Assembly (NCBI RefSeq): GCF_018350175.1
Contig: NC_058368.1
Span: 113,276,001 to 113,340,000, forward strand
Origin: Felis catus
Taxonomy: Eukaryota
DNA: 64,000 nt
Reading direction: 5' to 3'
The notes under the pieces are model-generated. The model was not told the DNA's origin and ran no database searches. It saw only the letters and a program-made list of their open reading frames with translations. Made by a program: the position numbers and the translations under genes. Each line of letters begins with the position of its first letter. The first letter of the stretch is position 1. Positions 12,780-25,301 of this stretch are shown piece after piece.

Positions 12780-14870
12780 AAAGAGACAAAACCTGAGAAG
12801 CTTTGCCACCCACATACTCTCATTACAGCTATTTCCCAAGGATACACTTCAGACAAAGTGGCCCCAGACAGAACTTAAGCAGTGCAAAAGGGACGGTGGA
12901 CAGAGATGAAGGCAAGCATGTGGGTAAAAGTAAACATTAACGGTATAAAACGAGGGTAACAGCTTGGAAGTTACAAGAATGTGGAACCCAAACACAGACC
13001 AACAAGAGCAGGTGAGTTAGAGCAAAAGCGTTCTGAGTTTTGTCCCTGTATTGTTTGGGATGGAGATATGGGTACTGGGCAAGTTTACACGCTCATAAGC
13101 AAAGGGTGTATGTCAAAATTTCTGGATTCAGTGCTCATAAAATACAAATAGAGTTAACTAGTTTCAAAACTGATGGACCAAAAAAAAAAAAAAATTAGGA
13201 AAAATAATCCAAGGGCGGGGGGGGAAGGGGAGAGAAGAAACATGGAAAGCCAAGAAAAAATAAAAAGTAGAAACTACTAGTAAGAGGATGAAATTACCAC
13301 AAATATGTAGGCTGAATGCTTCAGTTCAAGATTAAAACACAGAATGAAAAACAAAACCATGCTATTTGCTGTTAACAGGCAAATGAACCAAACAGGTTGA
13401 AAGCAAAAGGATAAAAAGAGGTACACCAGGCTCATACCAACTAACAGAGCAGAGGTGGCTGTATTACCCAAAATATGGCAATTTTAACATCAGGATCCTC
13501 AGTTATCATGATTTAAACCATAAGGACTACTAAAAACAAAGAATCAAACACAATGAATGACAAGAGGTTCACATCACTAGGAGAGCAATCTTCCTAAACA
13601 CGTGAGCACTTAATAAGACAAAAGTCAATCCAGGTATAATGGACACTTAAATATCAAAGAGGACAGCGGAAAGTATTCAGAAGCAACTATAACAGAAGAT
13701 ATTCATGACCTCAAGGTAGGGAAGGATTCTTTCACCTACCTGAAAGTGTAGGTGATACAAAAAGTTTGAAAAACTGGAGAGCATTGAGTGAACAATTTCT
13801 ATGTATCAAAAGATACCACAAATAGAGCAAGAAGCATGAGACCCCAAGCTGGAAAGACTATTTGGAGCACATAACTGAAAAAAAAAGTGAGTATCCAGAA
13901 CAGAAGAATAATACTCCTATAAATAAGAAAAAGACACCTCAAATACAAAAACTGACAAAAGATTTGAACAGGAACTTAACAAATCAGAAAGTCACAATGG
14001 CCAATAAATATAAGAAAAGGTGTTCATAAATGCCGAAGAAACCACAATAAGACACCATTTCATATGCACTGTGTTGGCATACGTTTTTTTTTTTTTTTGG
14101 TTTTTGTTAGGCGCAGAAGTGTTTTGTTTTTTTGTTTGTTTGTTTCGCTTTGTTTTAAGCACAGAAAAGAAGTACAGGCAGGGATGTGAAACAACCAGAA
14201 CGTCTGTATAGTGATGATACAAAGAGAAATAGAACAATCACTGTGAAACACGACGGGGCATTTCTAATAAAGTTGAAAGCAAGCACTTGTTATATGTCAG
14301 CAATTTCATTCCTGGGTCTATGCCCTGGGAAAACGTTTGCACATGTACTCATGGAGACATACAGAAGAATGTAAATATCGGCATTGTTTATGATGGAACA
14401 AATTGAAAAAATAAATGGGCAAACAGTAGAATATGTTACTGTTTACAATGCTGAGTACAATCTAATAGAGAATGTGATTGAAATCCAGCTACATGCAGCA
14501 GCATAGATAAATCTCAAGAATATAGCATTGAGTGAGCAAATGTAGTATGAGGCCAGTGACAAAGACATTCCAAAGCAAGCAAAACTACACAAAATGTCAT
14601 CAAGGGATGCAAATTTACGCCAAGCTATAAAGAAAATCAATGTAGCAGTAAACACAGAAGTCGGGATAATGGTTACCTCAAAGTGAGGAGGAAAGGGGAA
14701 GACACAAGGGGGGCTTCAAATTTAAGGCAATGATCTATTTCCTACTGTTGCTGATAGATACCCTAGTGGTCTTCGTACTGTTACAATACTTGCTACTATA
14801 TTTGTATTGTCGATCCCTTTCAAGGTGACTATCTATTTTGTATTCAGTAAAAATAATTCTAAAAATTAAA
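12780..14870 (+). mobile_element. Decayed ancient L1 (L1M-type): ORF2-start-like and 3' fragments
   Basis: A-rich. ORF2 endonuclease-start-like 13290-13650 (aaaccatgctatttgctgttaacagg...aggttgaaagcaaaaggataaaaagagg). 3' motifs caatggccaataaatataag, cagcaatttcattcctggg, ctacatgcagcagcatagataaatctcaag. Confidence 0.65.
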
Positions 14871-15267
14871 AACAAGAGGTGTGCTAGTTAAAAACATTTA
14901 TTCATTAGTGCAGGTCTGGTCCTAGCCCTACTCACAACAATACGGTTAATCATGAGGAAACATCCCTCCACGAACTACAAAATACCAAAACGGAATGTGG
15001 TTATGCCACAAATTATTCTGGTTGTATTTACCATCCCTGAAATTAGTCTAAGTTATTTATGCCTTGTGTGGGCTGAAGAAGAAAATATTCTGAGTTGATT
15101 CACACTGTGTGAGATGTATACTGATTTTCTTGGATACCCAAAATGTTTCACTGAGTCAGGAGCTGATACCAGTGACGAGTTTAAAGAGATGTATCTATGC
15201 TGCTAGAAATCTGCCTGATGAGAAAGTTTTAGCTTTAGAGTAAGAAAAAAAATATGAGAAAAAGCTA

Positions 15268-15830
15268 TGTGGCAGACCATCTTTTCCAAACGTGGCTGCA
15301 ACACGGTCTTCCTCATAATGTAACCTAGACACGACTCAGAGAGGGAGGTGGAGTCTCTCTTGCCCCTTCTTGAACTTAGAGCTTCGTGTCAACCAACAGA
15401 GTATGGAAGGAGCGATGCTGTGTGACTTCTCAGTGTAGCTCCTGAAATGTGATTGAGAGCTTCTCTCTTGCTGGACTCTTGAAATCCAGCTGCTAAGCTC
15501 TGAGGATGCCCAAGAGGGCCCCTATGGGTGTTACAAGCCAGCAGCCCCGGCTGAGGCACTAGCTGATATCCAGCATCAAATGCCAACACATAAGAACGTG
15601 TTCAACTTGGGGCGCCTGGGTGGCGCAGTCGGTTAAGCGTCCGACTTCAGCCAGGTCACGATCTCGCGGTCCGTGAGTTCGAGCCCCGCGTGGGGCTCTG
15701 GGCTGACGGCTCAGAGCCTGGAGCCTGTTTCCGATTCTGTGTCTCCCTCTCTCTCTGCCCCTCCCCCATTCATGCTCTGTCTCTCTCTGTCCCAAAAATA
15801 AATAAAAAAAAAAAAACGTTGAAAAAAAAA

Positions 15831-15866
<36 letters not shown>

Positions 15867-16054
15867 GTGTTCAACTTGACTCCAGCCCCAGTCACCATCT
15901 GACTACAACCACAGGAGAGACTCCAAGTGCAAAGTAGCCAGCTGAGCCCCATCAACCCCAGGAACCATGACAGGTAATAACAGTAAGTGATGGATGTTAT
16001 TTTATGTCACCAAAACTGGGGTGGTTTGTCACTGAGCGATAGGCAATTGGAACA
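15268..16054 (+). mobile_element. MaLR solo LTR (MLT1 family), interrupted by a SINE
   Basis: TG...CA termini (tgtggcag...ggaaca); MLT1-type 3' end (gccagctgagccc...ggggtggtttgtcac...aattggaaca); near-TSD agcta/aacta. Confidence 0.75.
15609..15860 (+). mobile_element. Very young Felis-type CAN-SINE
   Basis: Perfect TSD aagaacgtgttcaactt (15592-15608 / 15861-15877); long pure A tail. Confidence 0.98.
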
Positions 16055-16543
16055 AACTATGATGTTAAGCTCCCCTAAAGTGAAGGAAAGATGATCTAGA
16101 ATTTTAAATGGATGCCAGACACCCAGAGTATAAAACGTAGCTTTGCCACTAACTAGCTGTGTGCCTGATTAACTTCTGGGAGCCTCAAGTTTCCTAGGGG
16201 AAAACCTAGGGACTCCTATCAACTTATACTTTTCAAAGTTTTTCAAACAAGGAATCTGATATCACCATACTGTACATTGTGCACAGGAAGCAATAACGGC
16301 CAGCTAATGATTTCACTGTGGTTGGGGCTGGCATTTAGCTGGCTCTCATTCTCTCCCAGACCTCCTCCGTCCTTATGAGCCCTGGAGAGAATTCTCCACT
16401 GCCGACTGGCTGGGAACACATCAACTTTGTCTCCAACTCTCATAGGAGGGACCATTTGGTCCAAATTTCATCTCAGAGTTCTCTCTTTTCTCCCACTCCT
16501 TAAAAGGGGTCAAGCTTCCCGAACAGCTAAGCCTAGCAAGTAG

Positions 16544-16786
16544 GAGAGGCAGCATAGTCTGGTGCTAAGGGCATAGACTCGGGAGCCTGGCTGCCTGAGT
16601 TCACATCCTAGCGCTGCCTCTTACTAGATTTGTGATCTCGTATACTCTCTGTGCCTCATTTTCTTCATCTGAAGAATGGAACTGATAATATGAACACGTG
16701 CGTTGGGGAACTACGAGGATTAAATTAACTGAGTAAACAAATATCGTGCTTAGAACCTTGACTGGCACCTAGCAAGATCTTCATAA
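16544..16786 (+). mobile_element. Near full-length MIR
   Basis: gaggcagcatagt...gagttcacatcctagcgctgcctcttactag...ctctgtgcctcattttcttcatctgaagaatgg...gaggattaaat...tggcacctagcaag. Confidence 0.85.
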
Positions 16787-18177
16787 GCAATGACAGCACT
16801 TGGTCATTAACTTGGAGGGAACCAATTTATTTTGGTAATGCAAAGAGTAGAACTCAGTAAAAATGGAAGGGCTGGCTTCCCTCCCAACTGGCCGCCACCA
16901 GAGAGCAGGAGCGGGGCTCTGGCCAGGGGACTGCGTGCTCTGCAGTGTCATCTCGAAGAGGAGCCCGAGTAGCCAGGGCTCGACAGCCACTGGGGACAAA
17001 GCTGAGGGCAACATGTGATTCACAAACAGTCGGCTGTACCTTCCAAGTCTGCAACAGAAAAACTCGTGCCCTGAAATAATTGACATGAAAAGTGTGACTC
17101 ACGTACCCGACAGCGTCCAGAAGAACAGTTTAGAAAATGAGAATCAAACTGTTCTGCTGACGATGGGAAGGCACAGTGAGCAAGGGCTCCTTCATCTGCA
17201 AGGCAGGGCTCAGTCATGTTCAATACCCTAATTCTAGGGCACAAGGAAAAATGCCGATCCTTTTCGTCCTAAGTGATGTTCACACCCTGCGCCTTCCCTC
17301 TTTCTGCTCCCAAGGAAATGAAGGAGATTAGAGCTGGTTTGGCTTTTCTCTAAAGGATTGCTCCCCCACCAAAGACACCGAGTATTGAGTATCGTTAGCA
17401 GGAAATGCTTCTGTAGCACAATGCAAATAAAGGTAGTAAAACTCACATAACCATAGCAGGCTACATGGTGAAATTGGATCTAATTAGCGAGTGTCAACAT
17501 AGTATTCCTTGCTAACTTTAACACTTGCATCCTTTGCTATTTCAAGGAGTCTGCAGAAGACTTCGTTAGACACGCAACCTAACTGCTTGTACTTCCTGGT
17601 AAGTCGCTTCACATTAATAAGGTAGCTTCTCTCTGAAATTCAAGTGTCACATAGAAAGCAAAATTTGGCCTTTGAGCAACAGAATCCAGGAGCATAGGTA
17701 CCACTATCCTAATAAGGTTGGCACTGAATGAGGAAGTGCAGCCGAGGGTGACAGGTGTAATTAAAATTATGTTCAGCTGCTGATCTGCCAGACAGATAAA
17801 TTCCATAAGCACTAAACTGCATCGGTTTACTGAGAAAAAAAAAAAGGTCCAATTGACTGCTCATTTCTTGTTCGATACAACGCTGATTTAAAGCTGGGAC
17901 CCTGGAACTTCCCTGCGATTAATGAAATCTCACCAGGTCTTTGGAATAAAAGGTGCATCCATCTTTGACCCATAGAAATGCAGATCATGAAAGAAAATGT
18001 CTTGCTTACTGCTGTCTACCCCACCGGTGCTCTACAGTTTGGACACTGTCATGCACACTCATGTCCTGAGAGAACACTGAGCAACGCACAGGAAGCCACC
18101 TGGCATGTAAGAAACGAAGGGGAACCAGAAAGCGAGGCAGCGAGGAGAAAAACATCGAACAGCCACTGATGCCGCGA

Positions 18178-18377
18178 TTTTTTTTTTAAGCGTATTCATT
18201 TTTGAGAGATAGACCATGAGTGGGGGAGGGACAGAGAGGGAGACACGGAATCGGAAGCAGGCTCCAGGCTCTGAGCTGTCAGCACAGAGCCCGACCTGGG
18301 GCTCGAACCCACAAACCGTGAAATCATGACCTGAGCAGAAGTCGGATGCTTAACCGACTGAGCCACCCAGGCACCCC
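18178..18377 (-). mobile_element. CAN-SINE (older subfamily)
   Basis: Reverse SINEC body; decayed TSD ctgatgccgcgat / ctaatgccatgat. Confidence 0.95.
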
Positions 18378-19221
18378 TAATGCCATGATGTATTAATCAC
18401 CTCTACTATGCAGGTGTAGTAAGACTGGAGGCAGCACAGGTGAGATATGGCTTGGAAAGAAGACCTTACTAGCAAGATGGACAGTAGTGGGAAAGAAATC
18501 TACACTTAGAGTATTTGCTACGTACCAGTGCTCCTGCCTCTATCACCCTCTTTTGATTCACTCATTCAACATTTACTCCACAGGTATTTCATGAGCATAC
18601 ATTATATGCTAAGGACTTTGTTCTACCTACAGGCTGGTAAATAAAATACAGTGACTGTCCTCAAAGGCAACAAAGACAAACAGATCAAGAGGAAATACAA
18701 AACTGGTAAGTGATGCAGAGGTTACCATGAACAAACTATTAACCCATTTTACAGATGATGAAATTCAGGTTCAGAGGTTAGAGCTGACTAGCGGAGGAAC
18801 AAAGGCTGTAATCCAAATCTGTTTGACTTCAAACCTGTAATGTTTCCACTCTGCATTTCCTTCTCTCTGCAGGAGGAACAACACTACTGAAGGCAGATGG
18901 GGAGATGACCCCCCTGCTCAGGATGCGGTGGCCAAGGAAAAGGCCACCTATAAACTTATAGGCGTAACCTATAAAAAATAGATGAGGACGGTGGCTCTAT
19001 GAATGTTTACCGCTAAGCAGAAGGGAGAAATGGAGACAAACTCATCTGCAGGAGGTACGCTTCTATATGCCTGAATTGTGCGGGCTCCTTACGGCACACA
19101 AGAGGGAGCGGGACTGACTGGGGAAAGACCCACATCGTTGAGAACATCCATGCTCAGGGTGGTGGGGACCCGGACAGAAACAGCATCCCAGTTCCACCAC
19201 ACGGAGGTAAGACAAGACTAT

Positions 19222-19689
19222 TGTAATGGTTAATTTTATGCGTCAACGAGACTTGGCCATGGCACCTAGATGTTTGGTCAAACATTATTCTAGACATTTC
19301 TGTGAAGGTATTTTTTTTTTTTTAGATAAATTAACATTTAAATCAGCAGACTCTTAGTAAAGCAGATTATGCTCCATTGTGCGAATGAGCCTCATTCTAC
19401 CAGTTGAAGACCTGAAAAAAAGACAAGACTGACCTCCCCCCAAAAAGAAAAGGAAGATTGCCTGTAAGCTGTTGTTGGATTCAAAATGCAGTATCAATCT
19501 TCCTTTCACTTCAGCCTGCTGGCCTGCCCTGCACATTTTGAACTTGTCAGCTTCAAAAATTGCATGAGCCGATTCTTTAAAATCAATCACTCTCTATATA
19601 CAATATATACGTGTGCATATACACATATGCATACATATTACACACACTTACCCTGTTGGTTCTGTTTATCTGGAGACTTAACTAATACA
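19222..19689 (+). mobile_element. ERVL solo LTR (MLT2 family)
   Basis: Starts tgtaatggttaattttatgcgtcaac and ends ctgttggttctgtttatctggaga...actaataca, both characteristic MLT2 termini. Confidence 0.85.
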
Positions 19690-20404
19690 ATTAAACATTA
19701 AAACATGGAACTAGGAAACCAGCTTCCATGGCCCTGAGGATCCTACTATACCTATAATGGGATGAATCCTGGCTCCCAGGTGGTCATCTGAGTCAAGATT
19801 CAGACAGGGAACAAAGACACACAACAGACTGATTGGCTTAGTCAACTTTTTTTAGAATGAGTAATTTATTCAATCATTTGATAGATATTTATTGAATGCC
19901 TACTATGTGCCATGCCTTGGGTTAGGTGCTAGAGAATCTGGCTGAGCTCTGCCTAGTATCCGGTGAATGAATAAAATCCTCCACCTAAAAAAATTAAACT
20001 CACTTATTTTTTTTTTTTTTTGAGCATTACGTGTTCTAAAGAATTCCAACTCAAGTGACTAAATCTGGAACTCAGATTACCTGGAGGGCAAGGATCACGC
20101 GCAGGCTAGGGTATCAGTGGCAAGAATTCCTAATGAGAGATGCAGGGTTCTGGGACCCTGACTTGCAAGCTGGAGATTTTCTCCTTAAGCTCTATCTTTT
20201 GAACTTGATTCTTTTATTAGTGGAAATGCATGTGTCCACAGAGATAGAGCCTTCAGAGACACATAGACCCCAACTTACCCAAATAATTTAGTCATCAAAA
20301 GCTCTAAGGCCACTTGCATATAAAATCAATGCTTATAAAAATGTTACAGTGTTAAAGGAACCCTAAGGTGAATTCTTTTGTAGAGCCAACGAAACCCCCT
20401 AGAA

Positions 20405-20602
20405 AAGTACTAACAGAACTTTTTGTAGCAATAGAAAAGTCCTGCGTCATAGACCCAAGATGGTAGACACTAGCCAAGTGTGGCTATTAGTCACTTGAAA
20501 TGTGGCTAGTGTGATCAAGGAATTGAGTTTTCACTTTTATTTAATTTTAATTCATTTTAATAAGCAGATGTGGCTAGTAGCTATCGTATTGGAGACCCCA
20601 GC
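20405..20602 (+). mobile_element. MER3-like hAT-Charlie MITE
   Basis: atggtagacactagccaagtgtggctattagtcacttgaaatgtggctagtg...ttttatttaattttaatt...atgtggctagtagctatcgtattgga. Confidence 0.8.
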
Positions 20603-23242
20603 TCCAGGCTAACTGAAAGGTGTGGTAAAAGGGTGTTGTAACAGACCAGGTGTGCCCAGGCATGGGGACACTTCTTCCATCAACCCTATTACTGCCAGAT
20701 TACCCCATTAGCAGTCTGGCTGGCTGTGGTCTTCCCTCCCGGCTTAGTACCTACTGCCCCTCTGTGTCCCTCACTCTCTTTTGCACACAAGCAGGCAGGG
20801 AGCTCAACATCAAGGAGACATTCGACCACCCTGAAAAGCCCAATGGCCAAGGAATGGATGAGGATGATGGGATGGACCATGGGGTGGATGACGAAGAAAG
20901 GAGGTATCTATGAAGTACTATGGTTGGAAGAAATTTATTACCCTCCAAGTCCTGTCTTCTTCAGATTATAGGAAGCCAACTTTCCCATTTCCCCACAAAA
21001 TGCTAGGACAGAGGGGGTAGGGATTTTTTTCCTTGGGGTACCCACACCTCTTGTGCTCTGCTCTTTAAGTCAGAGTGCATTTGACACATTAGAAGGTCCA
21101 GTCATCACAAGAGACTTGTCCCCATGTTAGATTTGTGAATCTCCTCTATGGGAGGCAAGTTATATTCCCAGGAAGAGAGGTGAGGGGCCGTACAAATGAC
21201 CGTTACAGCAGAAAATGAATGCTCTCCAGCCATGTGAAACAGACTAGAAAATAATTAGCCGGACTCTCACTGGGAAAAATGCTAGGTCCCGGAGGAAATG
21301 TAATTCATGCCACTATCACTTGCTGACTCTATATGACAGAATACAGGAGCTAGCAGAGAATGTTCACAAATCCAGCATGGCAGTATGGTGCTGGTGGCTT
21401 TTAGTATGTTCACAATCACGGGCATCTTTGAGCAGCAGAAGGCCCTGGAGGTTTCCTCCTGCTCCCTGGGGACACCAAGAGATAATGTATGTGATGGTGG
21501 AGATGTCATTCCTGGGGGCATGTTTCATATCCCACACCACCGCTTATGATAGGAAGCTTGCAGATGTTCATGGGGTACAGAGAGCAGGGAGGTATTTACC
21601 TCTCACCTACCCACCCACTCAAGGGCTCTCTGGAAATAAAATGACCTCAGAGAGGTGAATGACAGAATTAATCCACAGGTGAACATATGGAAAGTCTCCT
21701 ACAGAGACCCACCTCTAGAATAAAAGACTTAGTGGTAATTAACAACTGGTTTAAAGACAATGACACAGCCAGACACACAATGCACCATTCAGAAAAGGAA
21801 GTGGTTAGTGTAGAACCAAGAAAAAATGAGAGTTTCAGAGGCAAGTATGGACAGTGTCTGTCCACTGAAACTCTCCGTGAGGGATATGCTTCTGCAGCCC
21901 ATGGAAGGTCATGTAAGACTAGGAAGAACAGGTCACCTAGCTATCTTAGCTAGGGTGTGGGAAGGACAGCTCATTTCTAACCATCAATTAAGTGCCCTTG
22001 TTCCAATTCCCTGCTCACCTAACAAGCACCGATTCTTATGTGGCTCTCCCAAAGCTCTCTCAGGGTGAGGGAAGAACCTCCCTATGATGTGAGTATTCCA
22101 GTCCCCATGTTTGACAACCATCCAGAGTTAATAAATAAACTATCTTGATTTTGGTTTACAGAGTGGTCTCTTGACAAATTGCTTAAGGTGACCTTATAAC
22201 TGAGGGACTGAGCCACTCTCAATGGGAAAATAAAATCAAGGTTCAGATCTGTAAAGCTGAGATTGAAACAGATCCAAATTGTTGTAAATACGTTGAATTA
22301 AAAGTTGCTTTCCATGATATTTGTCATAACCAACCATTCCCTAATGGTAAAACTATGTGACTTCACTATGAATCAGGATAATAGCTATTATTAGTCTAAT
22401 TTTAGTAGTATAATATTAGTCTACTCTGCACCAGATACTTTAAGTTATCATATTGACTGATCGTTAAAACAATGCTGGTGACATAAGGTTTATCTCCCAA
22501 TTTTCAATACCAGGGAACTGAGACCAGAGAAGATGAGTAATGGGTCCAAGAGCTGGGATTAGGCCCCAGGTCTACCTGCTCCAAAATCCTTGCACATCTG
22601 ACTCCAGCAATGATTTTCAAACTTTGTTTGGCAGGGAGCTCAGAGATCATGCTAAGGAGCAAGCTGGAGGCCAAGAAAAAAACAAATTTATTAGCTTCTA
22701 TAAAGAAAGTACTTGAAGAGGTTTTGTCTAGTTTTCTACCAACTGAATTGTACCTGTTTGGTGTTGAAATTAGCCTCATAGAGGAAGTACGTTAAAAAAA
22801 AAAAAAAAGGTGCACACGTCCACCAAAATAATGTGAGCTAAGACGCTTCTGCTAGTTCAGGAAATCATGTGTACTTTCTAGGAGTCAAAATCCATCCTCT
22901 TAAAAATGGACTTGTGTTCCTCAAGGAATTACTGAATTCATTCACAGTGAATAAACCACACTGTATTGGAAATTCTCCTTTAGACGTAAGTTCTTGAGAA
23001 CAGGAACAAAAGCCTAATACACAGCACGGCATGCTTAAAAACTATATTGGGCGGAGTGATGGATGAATGAATGGATGAATGAATGAATGAATGGAGGAAG
23101 TAATATCCTGACACTCTTGGGGACAATGACCATTACCTCCTGACCCACAGCCATCCATCTACCACATCATGATTCATTTAGCATTTATTCAGCAAACATT
23201 TATTGCTGGACAAGTGACCAGTTTAAAGTCCTGATCCACTCA

Positions 23243-23602
23243 TGGAACTGGAGAGTGTGATGCTAAGTGAAATAAGTCATACAGAGAAAGACAGATACCA
23301 TATGTTTTCACTCTTATGTGGATCCTGAGAAACTTAACAGAAACCCATGGGGGAGGGGAAGGAAAAAAAAAAGAGGTTAGAGTGGAAAAGAGCCAAAGCA
23401 TAAGAGACTCTTAAAAACTGAGAACAAACTGAGGGTTGATGGGGGGTGGGAGGGAGGGGAGGGTGGGTGATGGGTATTGAGGAGGGCACCTTTTGGGATG
23501 AGCACTGGGTGTTGTATGGAAACCAATTTGACAATAAATTTCATATATTGAAAAAATAAATAAATAAAATCAATAAGTGCTAAAAAAAAAAAAAAAAAAA
23601 AA
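23243..23602 (+). mobile_element. Young 5'-truncated felid L1 (3' end)
   Basis: L1 ORF2 end and 3'UTR with G-rich tract, aataaa and poly(A); perfect 18-bp TSD aaagtcctgatccactca (23225-23242 / 23603-23620) at a TT/AAAG endonuclease-type site. Confidence 0.95.
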
Positions 23603-25073
23603 AAAGTCCTGATCCACTCAATGCAGCTTTAATGCAAAATTAACGACTACGCCTCAGCAATTCAACCCATGAGGGAAGATGGTAAACGCGGCCGTGATAA
23701 ACAAAGGACACAAACAACAATTCGCAAAAGAAGAACTGTAAATGGTCAAATAAAAAAAGGTTTTGTGCCTCCCTACTAATCAAAATAATACAAACAAAAA
23801 TAAAAACTGGTGGGGGGTGAGGGAAATCTAGCAAACAGGCAACATTAAAATAAAATGTCTTGGCCTTTTAAAACAATACCCTGTATTGGAAAGGCTGTTG
23901 GTAAACGGCTGATGTGACAGAAGAGAAGTTGGGACAGAAGAGAATTTTGGCAGGTAAGTTGGTGGTATGGATAAAAGACCTAAAATTATCTATAGTTTGA
24001 CTGATTAATTTCATTCTAACCATTTATCCTACCAAAGATGTGTTTAAACACTTAAGGGTAAGTTGTCCTTGAAGGAAGTATTTACAGTAACCAAAACACA
24101 ACACCAAAACCAAAGTAACAACTTAAACCAAGGAACTGGTTAAATCTATCCTATAGCCCAATACTACGTGTCTGTCAAAAATAAATTTGTCAAAAAAAAT
24201 TATTTGGGGGAAAGTCTGTAATATATTACAAAGTAAAACAAAAGCAAAAACAAAACAGAAAAAAGAAAGTTTCAAAGCACTACCCAGAAAATCAAACTTG
24301 TTCACCTGAGTTCACATATTCTACATTTTTATGTACATTTTCTTTTCTCTGTGTTCAATAATCAACACGCATTATTCTATCATCCTGTTGTGAAACAGTG
24401 TAAATCTCACAAACATAACCGACCATAACCTCTGACACCCACGTGGGATCTCCTGCCATAGCCTTGCTCTCTTTTTAGCTCTGTTTTTATTCTTCACAGC
24501 AGCCCTGACTGGGGAAGAGGTGAACTAAAGAGTGGGCAGCCTCCTCCTCGCTCAACACCAGAGTCAGCCCTCAGGCTCACCTCCCTCACGTCATGAGAAT
24601 TCTTTCCACTACACCGAGGCTGGATCTGCCGATTGGATTAACCAGGGCCAGTTTCCGAAACGAGTCAGATCTCATGGTGAACTTGTCGGAGTTCATACAG
24701 CCCAACTGCCTTGGAAAGTGGCAAATACAATTACGCCATTTGTGTCGATGTAAATATTCTCTAGGGGGAGAACCTAGCAGCTACCACATTTTCAATTCTA
24801 ATTCTTCCCCAAGAATTTTTGAAAAAATTATAGTATGTGTAGTAATGAAGAGTTTTGTTTTGTAAGCATTTTCCCCCAGAATCATAAAAGCACTTTCTTC
24901 CTGGTAAATTATACATGGCATAATTACAAGAAGATGGGCTGTGCTTTGGGTCTCATTTCATGGTGATTCCGTTTTAAAGCATTCTCTTTAATAAACTCAA
25001 AAAAGAGCCTCCACTGTAGAGCTAAGAGGAAGTTTTGTTAACAAAATCCACATCTACATTAGTGGATTCTAGG

Positions 25074-25301
25074 TTTTTTTTTTTTTAATTTTTAAATGTT
25101 TTTATTTATTTTTGAGACGGAGAGAGACAGAGCATGTGTAGGGGAGGGGCAGAGAGAAAGAGGGAGACACAGAATCTGAAGCAGGATCCAGGCTCTGAGC
25201 TGTCAGCACAGAGCCCGACGCAGGGCTCGAACTCACGGAGCGTGAGATCATGACCTGAGCTGAAGTCGGATGCTCAACCGACTGAGCCACCCAGGCACCC
25301 C
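25074..25301 (-). mobile_element. CAN-SINE
   Basis: Reverse SINEC; TSD tagtggattctag / tagtagattctag. Confidence 0.96.

Noticed and set aside
16895..16908. CTCF-like motif ccaccagagagcag
   Set aside because: Mismatch at a core G of the consensus; not supportable without ChIP or conservation data.
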